Assembly: GCA_043228905.1 (NCBI GenBank)
Contig: JBHGNT010000008.1
Span: 10,602,001 to 10,666,000 of the forward strand
DNA length: 64,000 nt
Origin: Azolla caroliniana
Lineage: Eukaryota; Plantae; Polypodiophyta
Direction: 5' to 3'
Both the position numbers and the translations under genes were made by a program. Under the pieces are notes generated by a model. The model saw nothing but the letters and a program-made list of their open reading frames with translations, had not been told where the DNA came from and made no database searches. This document shows, one piece after another, positions 62,718 to 64,000 of the stretch (position 1 is its first letter; each line of letters begins with the position of its first letter).

Positions 62718-63664
62718 CATAGAATGAAACATACGTAGCATACGTGCATTCGCATTCGAGAATGATTCAATCAAACGTGGATGGTAAATCATCTCAAAGT
62801 TGGATTGGATTGACTAGGGTCTATATTATATATTGATTCACTCTCAATCCTCATAAGTGGACTCTAATCCATTGTGAACCACCAACATAAGTATGGTTGC
62901 AATATTTGCATTGTATCACATGCATACTTTTGGGATGCGTATCAAGACATCTCTATCATCCTCACTTTAGAACTTTACAAAAAAATGAGTATCAACTATA
63001 GAGATTGAATCAAAATATGTCATTATAAATTATAATCAAACATTGAAAAACTCATAAAACGTATATTCGAGAATATGAAGAAAACATGACATAGGCAGTA
63101 TTAGCATAACAACTTACCAATAGGGTGACCTAATTTCTAATAACAAAGAAAGAAAGAAAGAAAGAAAGAAAAAGGAACATGACACTAACATAAAATTTTG
63201 CCATGACATAGGCAGTAGTAGCATAACAACTTACCACTCGGGTGAGCTAATTTCTAATAACAAAGAAAGAAAGAAAAAGAAGAAAAAGGAACATGACACT
63301 AACATAAAAAATTTCCATGACACTAACAAGAGGATATGAGAAAATTAGGAATTGAACCCAAAACACAAGTAATAGTAGCACAACAACTTACCACTAGGTT
63401 GTGCTTAGTTGTAATAATAAAAAAATAAAAGGAAAAAAACTATTATAACACTAAGATAAAATTTTGCAATGATATGGTACTAATGAGAGAGAGAAATAGA
63501 TGAGAAAATAGGGAATTGAACCCAAGACATAGACAACAATAGCATGAATCCTTACCACTAGGGTGAGCTAAATTGTAATAATAATTAAAGAAAAAAAACT
63601 TATTTGTTTCCAAATGTTTCCAAACGTTGGAATGCTTGCACGAACACGAATATTACGTTCTATG
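62718..63664. mobile_element. Non-autonomous hAT-like DNA transposon (947 bp)
   Basis: 8-bp TSD TTTATACT (62710-62717 / 63665-63672), imperfect TIRs CATAGAATGAAACATACGT / CATAGAACGTAATATTCGT; the empty site is visible in the other F LTR (~48830). Confidence 0.85.
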
Positions 63665-64000
63665 TTTATACTTATATGAACTTAGGGCTATTTACAAATA
63701 TAGCCTCAATAGGCTTACTCAAAACATATTTACAAATATGTCTTCTCTTTCGGTTCTCACCGGGTCCATCCGATCCAATTTCCGGATCTCTTCCGGTTCT
63801 CACCGGGTCCATCTGATCCGATTTCCGGATCTCTTCCGGTTCTCACCAGGTCCTCTTCATCCATCCAGAGGGACCGACTTCCCAACATGACTGTCCACAC
63901 ATGCAACAAAATCTAAGTCGATGTAACCGACTACGCCTAGGTTCTTGTTTGGACCTAAGAGGATGCCAAGGTCTTGTGTGCCCACCAGGTATTTGATTAC

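Larger units (their letters stand above)
48499..63887 (-). mobile_element. Degenerate family A Copia element F; 5' LTR split by nested insertions
   Basis: 3' LTR 48499-49066; 5' LTR pieces 53507-53816, 62688-62717 and 63673-63887; TSD TGACT (48494-48498 / 63888-63892); mutated PBS at ~53492-53503. Confidence 0.92.
47620..64000 (-). mobile_element. Degenerate family C Copia element (3' LTR 47620-47956; RNase H split by element F), continues beyond the window
   Basis: LTR similar to element C LTR; RNase H GNGAISWKSKLQECT at 48090-48490 resumes at 63893-64000 after the TGACT duplication. Confidence 0.88.

Overview
Land-plant nuclear DNA (spliceosomal introns, a PLS-class PPR gene; a non-seed plant such as a fern is my inference). 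It is dominated by nested LTR retrotransposons around two host genes: an intronless PLS-E+ PPR gene (9856-12066) and an epsilon-type 14-3-3 gene (35125-~37560). The left edge holds the 5' half of an apparently intact, unusual Ty3/Gypsy element on the minus strand. It has a tRNA-Trp PBS and the protease inside the gag ORF, and RT is reached by a predicted -1 frameshift (G_GAU_UUU plus pseudoknot). Its LTR and a related solo LTR share a tRNA-like motif. At least four Ty1/Copia families are present (my labels A/B, C, D, E). These include an intact, very young copy (17579-23156) nested in another near-intact copy (14355-25318), and a 4-5 level nested stack at 47.4-64 kb that also holds a solo LTR and a hAT-like non-autonomous element. 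All coordinates and comparisons were read by eye; no database searches were run.
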